From an uncultured cyanobacterium (GTDB lineage: Bacteria; Cyanobacteriota; Cyanobacteriia; Phormidesmidales; Phormidesmidaceae), in contig CAWBZI010000007.1 in NCBI GenBank assembly GCA_963793265.1, forward strand, positions 1-64,000: DNA of 64,000 bases, written 5' to 3'. Shown piece by piece: positions 31,084 through 40,522 of this stretch (positions are counted from its first letter, which is position 1; every line of letters begins with the position of its first letter). The notes under the pieces were generated by a model that was not told the DNA's origin, did no database searches, and saw only the letters and a list, made by a program, of their open reading frames with translations. A program made the position numbers and the translations under genes.

Positions 31084-34000
31084 ATGGTTACAACCGTTCA
31101 GAACAACGAACAACCTTTTGAACGGCAGAACATGTCTTCTCAAGCTGAGCTGTTAGGCGGTGTTGCAGAAGCCGCTCGCAGGCTGCTTGTGATTGAAGAT
31201 TTTGACGAGGCGATCAATGGCGCGCTAGAGGCGCTTGCCCGCTCAGGTCAGGTTGATCGCATTTACGTTCTTGAGAATAAAGTTCTCGAAAATAGAGGTT
31301 TTAAAGGTGAATCTAGCGCCTTTGAATCTGGCGCTTTTGAATCTAGAACAAACGACAGCGAAGATAGAGAAGTTGCCGACTGTCTCTATGAATGGACGGC
31401 TTTGAATATTCCAAGAATAAGTGATATTCCTGGTTACTTTCCACTGTTTCATTCAAGCTTTGGAGACTGGCTCTCTTTATTTAGAGTAGGGCAGTCGGTG
31501 CAGCGTTTGGCAGGTGATCGCGCTGAACCGATGCCAGAGATTTCCGATGTAGCGATCTTTTCTCTATTGAGGGTTCCGATTGTGATTGATGGGGCCTGGT
31601 GGGGCCTGATTGCTTGTGACGACTGCACTACTGAGCGTCGATGGCACGATTCGGAGATTGCTGGAATGGAGACGGCGGCAGCCTGTATTGGCAGCGCGAT
31701 TAAGAGAGGTCGCAGCCGTCAGGAGAAAGCGGTTGAGGCTCAGGCTCGCGCAACCGCATTAGAAACCTACAACTATCAGCTTCGTAGCCGCGATGGCTTG
31801 CTCAAATGTGTCAACGCTGCGGCCCAGTGCCTGGTTGCAAATGACGATCTTGCGCTGGCGCTCCCGGCCACGCTGCAAATTATTGGGGAAGGCACCCGGC
31901 AGTGCCGGGCCTATATCCTGCGAAATTCTCACAGAGGCGATACCGATGAACTGATCTTTAATCTCCACGCCGAATGGGACGCGCCGCATATTCCGAACAA
32001 AATGGACTCAGGCGCTAAGTTCCCGGTGCCTGTTAGTGCTTTTCCAGCTCGCCTATCAGCGCCCTTAAAAGCAGGGCAGGCTACGCAGTTTTTAGCTCGC
32101 GAGCTAGACGGGATTGCACCTGAAGATCGCCCCGCCGGGCAGGCGAGATCGCTTTTGGGCGTGCCAATTAATGTGGCCGGTGAATGGTGGGGACTGCTAG
32201 GAATTGACGATTGCTATATAGAGCGCGTTTGGATGGACGCTGAAATTGCGGTGCTCGAAACGGCGGCAACGGCAATGGGGAATGCCATTGAGCGCGATCG
32301 CACTCGTAGGGCTCACGAGGCTACGCAGCGGGAAATGCTGATGGCCCAAGAAAGGGTCGCTAGAGCGGCTGAGCTAGAGGCGGCGAACAGCGTGTTGGTT
32401 ACGCGCGATCGCTGGCTACAAACGATTGCTACAGCGGCCAGTGAGCTGCTCTCGGCGGCGCAGTCGGATACGAGCGTGACGGCGGCGCTGGAGACGATCG
32501 GCCAGAATTTGGCGTGCGATCGCTTAGGGATCATGCAGTATCTACTCGATGCTGAAGATACTGCGCCGGAGCAGGGACGGTTTCGGCTGCTGCATGAGTG
32601 GGATTCGTCGGGGACTGTCAGCCTGATGACCCTTGCAGATTTGGTTGAAATGCCTGCTAGCGAGTTTCCCGACTGGACAAGGCGGCTGATGGCTGGTGAG
32701 TCAGTGGGGGGGCGCACTGCTGAGCATTCTGAGTCTGCTTGTAGCCAGATGCAATCGCTGGGAGCGCAGTGCACCTACGCGGTGCCTATTTTCATCGGCT
32801 CAGACTTTTGGGGCCTGATGTTTATGGACTACTGCCAGGACGTTCGTGAGCTAACCGCTGCTGAGCTAGCGGTGTTTAATACGGCAGCCGCTTGTGTGGG
32901 CGGGGCGATTTATCGCGAGCAGATGCAGCGCGATCAGGCGGCGCGAGAGCGCACGAAGCTGCTGGGCAGTGTGGCAGAGGCAGCGAACTTATTGCTGCGA
33001 TCAACAGACTATAAGACGGTGCTCTCGGAAGTGGTGCGGCTGCTGGGTGAGGCGGTGGAGTGCGATCGCTGTTCGCTGACCCGTCTGATTACTCAGCGTG
33101 TTACTGATGAGGGCGGCTTTCTCAAGCTTCAGTTTTTGCAAGAGTGGTGCAAGCCTGGGGTAGACGGCTCGCCTCCCGAGTTTTTTGAAGAGGCTCTGAT
33201 TCCACTAGAAGGTCATTTTCTCGAATTTCGCCGCACGCTTTTAAAAGGAGAAGCGGTGAGCTTTTTGATTCCCGATCTCACCGGCTATCAAAGAGACTAT
33301 ATGGAAGAAGCTCACAGCCTGTCTTCTACGGTGCTGGTGCCGATTATTATTCAGGGCGAATACTGGGGCGAGTTCAGCTTTGATAACTGTTCGACGCCTA
33401 GACCGTATGAAGAGGCTGAGATTGCGGTGCTGAAGGTGGCGGCGGAAAGCGTGGGGAGTGCGATCGCCCGGCAGGCTCAAGATGAAGCGCTGCGAAATGC
33501 CGAGAAGGCCGTGCTTGAAGAACGCGAGAAGGCCGCGCGCGATCGGGCCACCGAACTGGCCAAAACGAATCTGGCGCTGAGTGAGACGCTCAACGCCCTG
33601 ACGGCTACGCCCGAACTCAATGACTTCCTCGGTCAAAACCTGAGTAAAATGGCTGAGCAAATTGGAGCCTGTAGCGCGCACCTCTTCCTTTACGATCAGG
33701 CCGCCCACACCCTTAACCAGCACATTACGGTTCAATCTGGTCAAATATACCAGGGCAGTGCGCCGACCGATCCCGATCTCTTTAGCCGACCGATCCCCGC
33801 TGATCTATCCAAGGGGTGGGAAATTATCGTCAAAGCACCGACGCCTTTTACCGTTGCCAAAGGTCATCCTGAATCTCTGGAATTTTGCTGGCCCGACTCG
33901 CTGGCCTGGCACCGCGCCCAGGGCCATACGTCTATCGTCTGTGCCTGTATGAGAGTGGGCAACCAGCCGCTCGGCTTTATTGGCTTTGCGTTTAGCGATC

Positions 34001-34782
34001 GCACTGTCCTTACTGACGAACAGCTTCAGTTTATTCAGGCGCTCACCAACCAGGCCACGCTCTCTCTACACCTCACGCGCCTGGCCGACCAAACCCAGGC
34101 CGCCGCGCTCACCGCTGTACTCAATGACGAACGCACTCGCCTTGCCCGCGAAATTCATGACACCCTAGCCCAGTCCTTTACAGGCATCTCCCTCCAGCTC
34201 GAAGCTCTGCGCCAGCGAGCCAGACTGGGCGGTGGCGTAGCAGACGGACAAGACATCGAAGCCTATATCCGCCGCGCTCGTGATCTCGCCCGCAAAGGGC
34301 TTTCTGAAGCGCGTCGTTCTGTCCGTGCCCTGCGCTCTGAAGCGCTTGAAACCGACTCGCTTCCTGACGCCCTGCAAAAGTCTCTCACTCAAACCACGCG
34401 CGACACCGGCCTGGCTACTCATTTCTACCTCGAAGGCGCGCCCCTGCCGCTGCCTGATGACATTCAGCTCAACCTTCTGCGCATTGCTCAAGAGGCAATT
34501 ACCAACGCCCTCCGCTATGCCAACGCGACTCAGCTCGATCTCACCCTTGTTTTCAAAGGTGAGCCCGATGCCCTTGCTTCAGAAACATACGTTCAAATCT
34601 GCATCGTTGATGATGGCATTGGCTTTGATGCCTCCCGCCTCATCGAAACCAGCGGCTTTGGCCTCATCGGCATACGAGAACGCGCCACTCGCTTTGGTGG
34701 TACCTTTGAGTTGCTAAGCACACCCGGCGTCGGCACAACAATTGAAGTTGTCATTCCGCTGAATTGGAAAAATGACCCCTGA
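31084..34782 (+). CDS. Cytoplasmic multi-GAF sensor histidine kinase (HisKA_3/NarX type)
   Basis: About five GAF repeats (VPI....WG...DDC), ERTRLAREIHDTLAQ H-box, QEAITNA, DDGIGF, GFGLIGIRER. Confidence 0.92.
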   Translation: MVTTVQNNEQPFERQNMSSQAELLGGVAEAARRLLVIEDFDEAINGALEALARSGQVDRIYVLENKVLENRGFKGESSAFESGAFESRTNDSEDREVADCLYEWTALNIPRISDIPGYFPLFHSSFGDWLSLFRVGQSVQRLAGDRAEPMPEISDVAIFSLLRVPIVIDGAWWGLIACDDCTTERRWHDSEIAGMETAAACIGSAIKRGRSRQEKAVEAQARATALETYNYQLRSRDGLLKCVNAAAQCLVANDDLALALPATLQIIGEGTRQCRAYILRNSHRGDTDELIFNLHAEWDAPHIPNKMDSGAKFPVPVSAFPARLSAPLKAGQATQFLARELDGIAPEDRPAGQARSLLGVPINVAGEWWGLLGIDDCYIERVWMDAEIAVLETAATAMGNAIERDRTRRAHEATQREMLMAQERVARAAELEAANSVLVTRDRWLQTIATAASELLSAAQSDTSVTAALETIGQNLACDRLGIMQYLLDAEDTAPEQGRFRLLHEWDSSGTVSLMTLADLVEMPASEFPDWTRRLMAGESVGGRTAEHSESACSQMQSLGAQCTYAVPIFIGSDFWGLMFMDYCQDVRELTAAELAVFNTAAACVGGAIYREQMQRDQAARERTKLLGSVAEAANLLLRSTDYKTVLSEVVRLLGEAVECDRCSLTRLITQRVTDEGGFLKLQFLQEWCKPGVDGSPPEFFEEALIPLEGHFLEFRRTLLKGEAVSFLIPDLTGYQRDYMEEAHSLSSTVLVPIIIQGEYWGEFSFDNCSTPRPYEEAEIAVLKVAAESVGSAIARQAQDEALRNAEKAVLEEREKAARDRATELAKTNLALSETLNALTATPELNDFLGQNLSKMAEQIGACSAHLFLYDQAAHTLNQHITVQSGQIYQGSAPTDPDLFSRPIPADLSKGWEIIVKAPTPFTVAKGHPESLEFCWPDSLAWHRAQGHTSIVCACMRVGNQPLGFIGFAFSDRTVLTDEQLQFIQALTNQATLSLHLTRLADQTQAAALTAVLNDERTRLAREIHDTLAQSFTGISLQLEALRQRARLGGGVADGQDIEAYIRRARDLARKGLSEARRSVRALRSEALETDSLPDALQKSLTQTTRDTGLATHFYLEGAPLPLPDDIQLNLLRIAQEAITNALRYANATQLDLTLVFKGEPDALASETYVQICIVDDGIGFDASRLIETSGFGLIGIRERATRFGGTFELLSTPGVGTTIEVVIPLNWKNDP

Positions 34783-35413
34783 TTTGCCCATTACTATCCT
34801 TGTCTCTGAAGATCATGGCATTGTTCGTCAGGGTATTGTTTCTATTCTTAAGCTGCAAAGCGATTTTAATATCGTGGCTGAAGCGAAAGATGGCTTAGAA
34901 GCGATCGCACTTCACTCAGCCCATCAGCCCGATATTACGTTGATGGACTTGCGGATGCCTAATATGGAAGGGGTCGATGCGATCACTCATATTCGCGAAG
35001 CGACGCCCAACGCCAAAATTATCATTCTGACAACCTACGACACCGATGAAGACATCTATCGCGGCTTGCAAGCAGGGGCACGTGGCTACATCTTAAAAGA
35101 CGCTGATTTTGAGGATCTCATTGACGCCGTTCGCACCGTTCATAGCGGCAAGCGCTACCTACCGCCTAACGTCGTCCTCAAACTTGCCGAGCGTATGGAA
35201 ACCGAAGATCTCACTGACCGCGAACGTGATGTGCTCAATATGATGTCTTGCGGTAGCAGTACGGCAGCGCTGGCTGAAGCGCTAAGTATCTCTGAAGGCA
35301 CCGTCAAGTTTCACATCAATCATATTTTCCAAAAGCTCGGCGTTAACGACCGCACACAGGCGATCATCGTAGCCCTTCGGCGCGGCCTGATCAGATTAGA
35401 CGAACCGCCATAG
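34772..35413 (+). CDS. NarL/LuxR family response regulator
   Basis: EDH...PDITLMDLRMP...LTTYD...ILK; HTH LSISEGTVKFHINHIFQKLGV; overlaps the kinase stop. Confidence 0.95.
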   Translation: MTPDLPITILVSEDHGIVRQGIVSILKLQSDFNIVAEAKDGLEAIALHSAHQPDITLMDLRMPNMEGVDAITHIREATPNAKIIILTTYDTDEDIYRGLQAGARGYILKDADFEDLIDAVRTVHSGKRYLPPNVVLKLAERMETEDLTDRERDVLNMMSCGSSTAALAEALSISEGTVKFHINHIFQKLGVNDRTQAIIVALRRGLIRLDEPP

Positions 35414-35663
35414 CACCTCTACTGCTTTTTGAGCTTCTACCGATTGGTTGGGGTTAGCTCATACCCTGAGTTCAGCTTGTACCTACACCATTCATCTACT
35501 AAAAATTTAGGCTCACCGCTAGGCGTCTACAGTACAGGGTTTTCCGTAGAATTACCCCATCACTTTATTCAGAAGCTGGTTTTTCTAAGTATTGACAATG
35601 CATCTTCTCACCGTTAACTAAGATCCCCTCTAGCGCTCTTAACTTCTGAGGAAATAGCACAGC

Positions 35664-36410
35664 ATGGCAAACGTCACAAGACGCACTCTAGACAACAATA
35701 CTTACACGCTCGACCAACAAATAAAACATAAGCAAATTATGTTTATTTCCGATCAAATAGAGCTTGCTGAAACGCTGCAAATGGAGCTGTCGGGCCTTGG
35801 CTATCAGGTTAGCGTTATTCACGATGGTTTGCGCGGGCTGCTGGCGGTAAATCGGATGAAGCCTGATTTGGTAATTTTGAGCTGGTCGCCGCCTCGGCTT
35901 TCTGGGCTAGAAATATGCGATCGCCTCCGCAGCAGCAGGCATGAAGAAGCCATTATCTTACTTACCGAGTCAGACTGCCACAAGCAGCGAATTGCAGGCT
36001 TCAATGCGGGTGCTGATGACTGCCTTTCATGGCCTTTAGCGAAAGAAGAATTTATTGCCAGAGTGCAGGCCAACTTAAACTACTGCGATCATGGTCAGCG
36101 TCAGAGTCCTATTCTGCGCTGCACCGATCTTCTCCTCAATCGTGACACCCGAGAGGTGTTCCGCAACCAACAGCTCATCCGACTCACGGCCACGGAGTTT
36201 AATTTGTTGGAGTACTTGATGACACATTACTTTCAGGTGCTCACTCGCAGCCAGATCTTAGAGAATGTTTGGGGCTATGACTATGCAGGCAGCTCTAACA
36301 TTATTGAGGTCTATATCCGCTATCTGCGTAAGAAGCTAGGGGCGACGTCTGAAAATCCGCTCATTCATACTGTCCGCGGGGTTGGCTATATTTTGCGAGA
36401 AGCTGCTTAG
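35664..36410 (+). CDS. OmpR/PhoB family regulator with atypical receiver
   Basis: Intact wHTH (LTATEFNLL, VWGYDY..SNIIEVYIRYLRKKL, TVRGVGY). The receiver has Ser at the phospho-Asp position (PDLVILSW). Confidence 0.9.
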   Translation: MANVTRRTLDNNTYTLDQQIKHKQIMFISDQIELAETLQMELSGLGYQVSVIHDGLRGLLAVNRMKPDLVILSWSPPRLSGLEICDRLRSSRHEEAIILLTESDCHKQRIAGFNAGADDCLSWPLAKEEFIARVQANLNYCDHGQRQSPILRCTDLLLNRDTREVFRNQQLIRLTATEFNLLEYLMTHYFQVLTRSQILENVWGYDYAGSSNIIEVYIRYLRKKLGATSENPLIHTVRGVGYILREAA

Positions 36411-36460
36411 CGCTATGACCGAACTCTTTTTGATTGCTGTTGCATAGATCCTTAACCCAG

Positions 36461-36479
36461 TGTGAGAGAATCATGAGAA
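36461..36479 (+). promoter_or_regulatory. Candidate OmpR-family tandem binding site
   Basis: TGTGAGAG-AAT-CATGAGAA, TGAGA repeated with 11-bp period, ~140 bp upstream of the export operon. Confidence 0.4.
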
Positions 36480-36620
36480 CAACTTTAGAATAGGTTCGAT
36501 ATCTCTCGCTTTTGTGTTTGAGGCATTATCCTTATTGACTAAGGACTCATTAAAAGTGGTCATTAAAAGGTCATTCGCGGGACTATCAAGCCAGGCAAAA
36601 AATAACGGTAAAAATGGCCT

Positions 36621-37661
36621 ATGTCAGACATTCTGCTACAGACATTAAATAATGCTGATATAGACTGGCTAGTGACGAGCGGGCAGCGGCTACGGCTTTC
36701 GGCTGGTGATGTTTTGATGAAGCCTGGGCGATCGCTAGAAACACTATACGTATTGCTAGAAGGCACTTTAACTGTGCAGTCGCCCGGTGCTGCTGAAAGC
36801 CAGCTATCGCGAGGCGATATGGTGGGTGAGGGCAGTTTGTTTGATATTGAACCTGTTGTTTCTGTCGTTGCCAGTAGCGAGGCGATCGCGCTAGCAGTGC
36901 CCAAGGTGGCGCTGTGGGATAAGCTTCGGCAGGATGCGGCTTTTGCCTCCCATTTTTATCAGGCGCTGGCGCTAATTATGTCGGAGCAAATTCGCCATTT
37001 GTTTGAGGCCTCTACACTGTTGCGCTATCAGTCGGGGCATATGGTGAAAGAGGCGCTGTTTGTATTTGGTGAGCTGCAAGATAGTGATATTGACTGGATG
37101 ACGAGTGCGGGGCAGGTAACGAAGCTTGCAGCAGACAGGGTGCTTTTAAATGCAGGGCGTCCGGTGGATGCGCTGTACACATTGCTAGACGGACAGCTTG
37201 CGATCGCGGCTACCGAAAATCCATGCGACCCCTTTTCTACCTGCTCTGATGGCCTAGCAGAGAAAGCAGCCGAGCAAGACTTTAAGCCGGTTGCCTATCT
37301 GGCGCGAGGCGGTTTACCAGGCATTATCTCTTTTCTAGACTTTCGCCCTTTGCCTGTACGTATTAGCGCAGTGAGAGAGTCTTTGATGCTAACGATTCCC
37401 CGGCGAGAAGTCTCTATTAAGCTACAAGAAGATCTTGGATTTGCGGCCAGGTTTTATCGGGTGATTGCCGCTCAAACGGCGAGCTTGCTCACGGCTGTTG
37501 TTTCTAATGATACCGATGCTGGGCTCAATGACGAATTGGATGTAGACGCCCTACAGCGGGTTTCGCAGGGTGCGGCCAAATTTGACTGGATGCTTAAGCA
37601 TTTGGGGATTAGTGGCGGCATTAGTAATAGTATTGGTAGCGTTGGTGGAGTTAGCCAGTAA
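36621..37661 (+). CDS. Tandem cyclic-nucleotide-binding-domain protein associated with NHLP exporters
   Basis: Two internal repeats (L..ADIDWL..SGQ / L.DSDIDWM.SAGQ, LYVLLEG / LYTLLDG, FASHFYQ / FAARFYR); stop overlaps the next ATG. Confidence 0.85.
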   Translation: MSDILLQTLNNADIDWLVTSGQRLRLSAGDVLMKPGRSLETLYVLLEGTLTVQSPGAAESQLSRGDMVGEGSLFDIEPVVSVVASSEAIALAVPKVALWDKLRQDAAFASHFYQALALIMSEQIRHLFEASTLLRYQSGHMVKEALFVFGELQDSDIDWMTSAGQVTKLAADRVLLNAGRPVDALYTLLDGQLAIAATENPCDPFSTCSDGLAEKAAEQDFKPVAYLARGGLPGIISFLDFRPLPVRISAVRESLMLTIPRREVSIKLQEDLGFAARFYRVIAAQTASLLTAVVSNDTDAGLNDELDVDALQRVSQGAAKFDWMLKHLGISGGISNSIGSVGGVSQ

Positions 37662-38260
37662 TGGATAAAAGCAGTATTTTTCGCAAAGAAGCGCTCGAAC
37701 GGCTGGCGTCGCCAGAACAGCTCGATCAGCTCATGCAGATTGTGACGCCGCGTAGCTGGTTGCCGCTAGCCGCGCTCGGCGGACTGCTGAGCTTTGGCGT
37801 TGTTTGGAGCTTTGTCGGGCGAATTCCAGTGACAACGACCGGGCGGGGCGTGATTGTTTATAACGATATTTCTGAAGCAGATCCCGCTTCGGCGGCTTTG
37901 CAAAGTGTGGCCTACTTTAGCGCGGGCGAGATTGCCCAAATTCAGCCGGGGATGAAGGTGCTGCTGATTCCTGATGTGGAAGGGGCGCAGGTAGCCGGAG
38001 GACTGATGGGTACGGTGCAGTCGGTAGAAAATCCTGCAATTACGACAGCTTCAGCAGCGCGCGAGGCGGGGCTAGAGCAAGCGTATGTGGAAGTGGTAAC
38101 GGTGCCTGATATGGACGCGAATGGTGACTATCACTGGTCTACAGGGGCGAGTATGATGTCTCCGATTGCAGGAATGCCTGCGATCGCCCGCGTCACCCTG
38201 GCTGAAAAAGCGCCAATCGCCTTCGTGTTTCCATTTCTAGACCGTTCGGAGGGGCAGTAG
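37661..38260 (+). CDS. NHLP-system secretion (HlyD-like adaptor) protein, short form
   Basis: IFRKEALERLASPEQLDQLMQIV..RSWL, TM, GRIPV..GRGVI, VAYF...IQPGM, APIAFVFP; only 199 aa. Confidence 0.85.
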   Translation: MDKSSIFRKEALERLASPEQLDQLMQIVTPRSWLPLAALGGLLSFGVVWSFVGRIPVTTTGRGVIVYNDISEADPASAALQSVAYFSAGEIAQIQPGMKVLLIPDVEGAQVAGGLMGTVQSVENPAITTASAAREAGLEQAYVEVVTVPDMDANGDYHWSTGASMMSPIAGMPAIARVTLAEKAPIAFVFPFLDRSEGQ

Positions 38261-38263
38261 CCT

Positions 38264-40513
38264 ATGGTTCGTGAAAAGACACCCGTTGCCCCTTCTACTG
38301 GTCGATCTGCGGCTAAACCTGTTGCACGTCAAAAAACGCCTACCGTCTTACAAATGGAGGCGGTGGAGTGTGGCGCTGCGGCCTTAAGTATGATGCTGGG
38401 TCACTACGGGCGGTATGCGCCTTTAGCTGAGCTGCGACAGGCTTGTGGGGTTTCTCGGGACGGGGTGACGGCTGCGAATATTCTTAAGGCGGCTCGGAAC
38501 TACGGCCTGGATGCTAAGGGTTTCAAGAAAAGTATTGAGAACCTGAAGCAGGTAGAGACGCCGTTTGTGGTGTTTTGGAACTTTAATCACTTTTTGGTGG
38601 TTGAGGGCTTTGACGCGAAGCATGTGTACCTGAATGACCCGGCAGTGGGGCCGCGTAAGGTAACCCACGATGAGTTCGATCAGGGCTATACGGGCATTTT
38701 GCTGACGTTTGAGCCGGGCGATGGGTTTGAAAAAGGGGGGCATCGGGCGAGCGCGCTGCGGGGGCTCAGGCATCGGCTCAGCGGCTCGCTGGTGGCGCTG
38801 CTTTTTTGTGGAATTACAGGCTTTTTGCTGGTGCTGCCGACGCTAGCGCTGCCTGCCTTTAGCCGGGTGTTTATTGATAATGTGCTGCTGGCAAAGCGGC
38901 TCGACTGGCTGCCCTATGTGCTGCTAGGAATGGGATTAACGGTCGTTGTGCAAGCGCTATTGACGGCTTTGCAGCTTCGATATTTGCGGGCGCTGCGGGT
39001 GAAGCTCTCGGTGGGGATGGCGAGTCGGTTTGTGTGGCATGTGCTGCGATTGCCTGCTGGGTTTTATGCGCAGCGGTTTGCCGGGGAAATTAGCGATCGC
39101 ATTTCGCTCAATGACAGCGTAGCTAATGTGCTCTCAGGGCGGCTGACGACGACGGCAATTAGCTTGGTAATGATTGTTTTTTATGCGATTGCCATGCTGC
39201 AATACGATATTCCCCTGACGCTGATTGTTGTTGGTTTTGCTGCGATTAATGTAATTGTGTTGCAGTGGGTGGCGCGCACTCGCACAGATGCAAATCGTCG
39301 TTTAATTCAGGAATACGGTAAGGCTTCAGGGGTGAGCATTGCGGGCTTGCAGAGTATTGAAACGCTGAAGGCTTCTGGCATTGAGTCGGACTTTTTTGCG
39401 CGCTGGTCGGGCTACTATACCAAGGCGATTAACGCGCAGCAGCAGCTAGGGCTAACGAACCGGCTACTGGGACTATTGCCTTCGCTGCTGACGACGCTGA
39501 CGGCGCTGTCGCTGTTAGTTTTTGGCGGCTGGCGCGTGATCAACGGATCGCTCTCAATTGGAATGCTGGTGGCGTTTCAGCTTTTGATGCAGAGCTTTCA
39601 GGGGCCAGTGAATAATTTGGTGCGCTTTGCCAATACGCTGCAAACGCTTCAGGGGAACTTGGAGCGTTTAGATGATGTGTTGGAGAATGACGTTGATGAG
39701 GTGTTTGACCAGAGCGGTACGGGAGATTGGAACGGTGAGGCGGCTGGATCTTCTTTCCGGCTAACGGGCGCAGTTGATATTACAAATCTCTCTTTTAGCT
39801 ACAGCCCGCTAGACGCACCTTTGATTGATAACTTTAATCTGTCGATTAAGCCAGGGCAGCGGGTGGCTTTCGTGGGCGGTAGCGGCTCAGGAAAGTCAAC
39901 GTTGGTGAGGGTAATTGCCGGGCTGTATCAGCCGCGTTCGGGAGAAATTCGGTTTGATGGCAAGCTGGATCAAGAGATTCCTCGCGCTGTGATTACGCAT
40001 TCGTTGGCGATGGTGGAGCAGGATATCTTGCTGTTTGAAGGATCTGTGCGTGAGAACTTGACGCTGTGGGATGCCACGATTGAAGCGTCTCAGCTTCGGC
40101 AGGCTTGCCAGGATGCGGCAATTGAGGAAACGATCTTATCGATGCCCTATGGCTATGACGCAAAGCTGTTAGAAGGTGGGCAAAACCTGAGCGGCGGGCA
40201 GCGGCAGCGGTTGGAGATTGCGCGCGCGCTGGTGAACAATCCTTCAATTTTGATTATGGATGAGGCGACCAGTGCCCTGGACTCGGAGACTGAGAAGGTG
40301 ATTGACCAGAACTTGAGGCGGCGGGGCTGTACTTGTTTGATTGTGGCTCATAGGTTAAGTACGATTCGTGATGCGGATGAGATTATTGTGCTCGATCGCG
40401 GTCAGGTGGTGCAGCGCGGGACGCACGATGAGCTGTGGTCACAGCCGGGTCACTATGCAACATTGATTCAAAGCTCTGGTACGGCACTTTCTACCAGTAC
40501 AGCACCCTCATAG
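38264..40513 (+). CDS. NHLP-family ABC exporter, C39 peptidase/permease/ATPase
   Basis: QMEAVECGAAAL (catalytic Cys), WNFNHF (His), YLNDPA (Asp), GGSGSGKST, LSGGQRQR, DEATSALD. Confidence 0.95.
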   Translation: MVREKTPVAPSTGRSAAKPVARQKTPTVLQMEAVECGAAALSMMLGHYGRYAPLAELRQACGVSRDGVTAANILKAARNYGLDAKGFKKSIENLKQVETPFVVFWNFNHFLVVEGFDAKHVYLNDPAVGPRKVTHDEFDQGYTGILLTFEPGDGFEKGGHRASALRGLRHRLSGSLVALLFCGITGFLLVLPTLALPAFSRVFIDNVLLAKRLDWLPYVLLGMGLTVVVQALLTALQLRYLRALRVKLSVGMASRFVWHVLRLPAGFYAQRFAGEISDRISLNDSVANVLSGRLTTTAISLVMIVFYAIAMLQYDIPLTLIVVGFAAINVIVLQWVARTRTDANRRLIQEYGKASGVSIAGLQSIETLKASGIESDFFARWSGYYTKAINAQQQLGLTNRLLGLLPSLLTTLTALSLLVFGGWRVINGSLSIGMLVAFQLLMQSFQGPVNNLVRFANTLQTLQGNLERLDDVLENDVDEVFDQSGTGDWNGEAAGSSFRLTGAVDITNLSFSYSPLDAPLIDNFNLSIKPGQRVAFVGGSGSGKSTLVRVIAGLYQPRSGEIRFDGKLDQEIPRAVITHSLAMVEQDILLFEGSVRENLTLWDATIEASQLRQACQDAAIEETILSMPYGYDAKLLEGGQNLSGGQRQRLEIARALVNNPSILIMDEATSALDSETEKVIDQNLRRRGCTCLIVAHRLSTIRDADEIIVLDRGQVVQRGTHDELWSQPGHYATLIQSSGTALSTSTAPS

Positions 40514-40522
40514 GAGTTCGCT

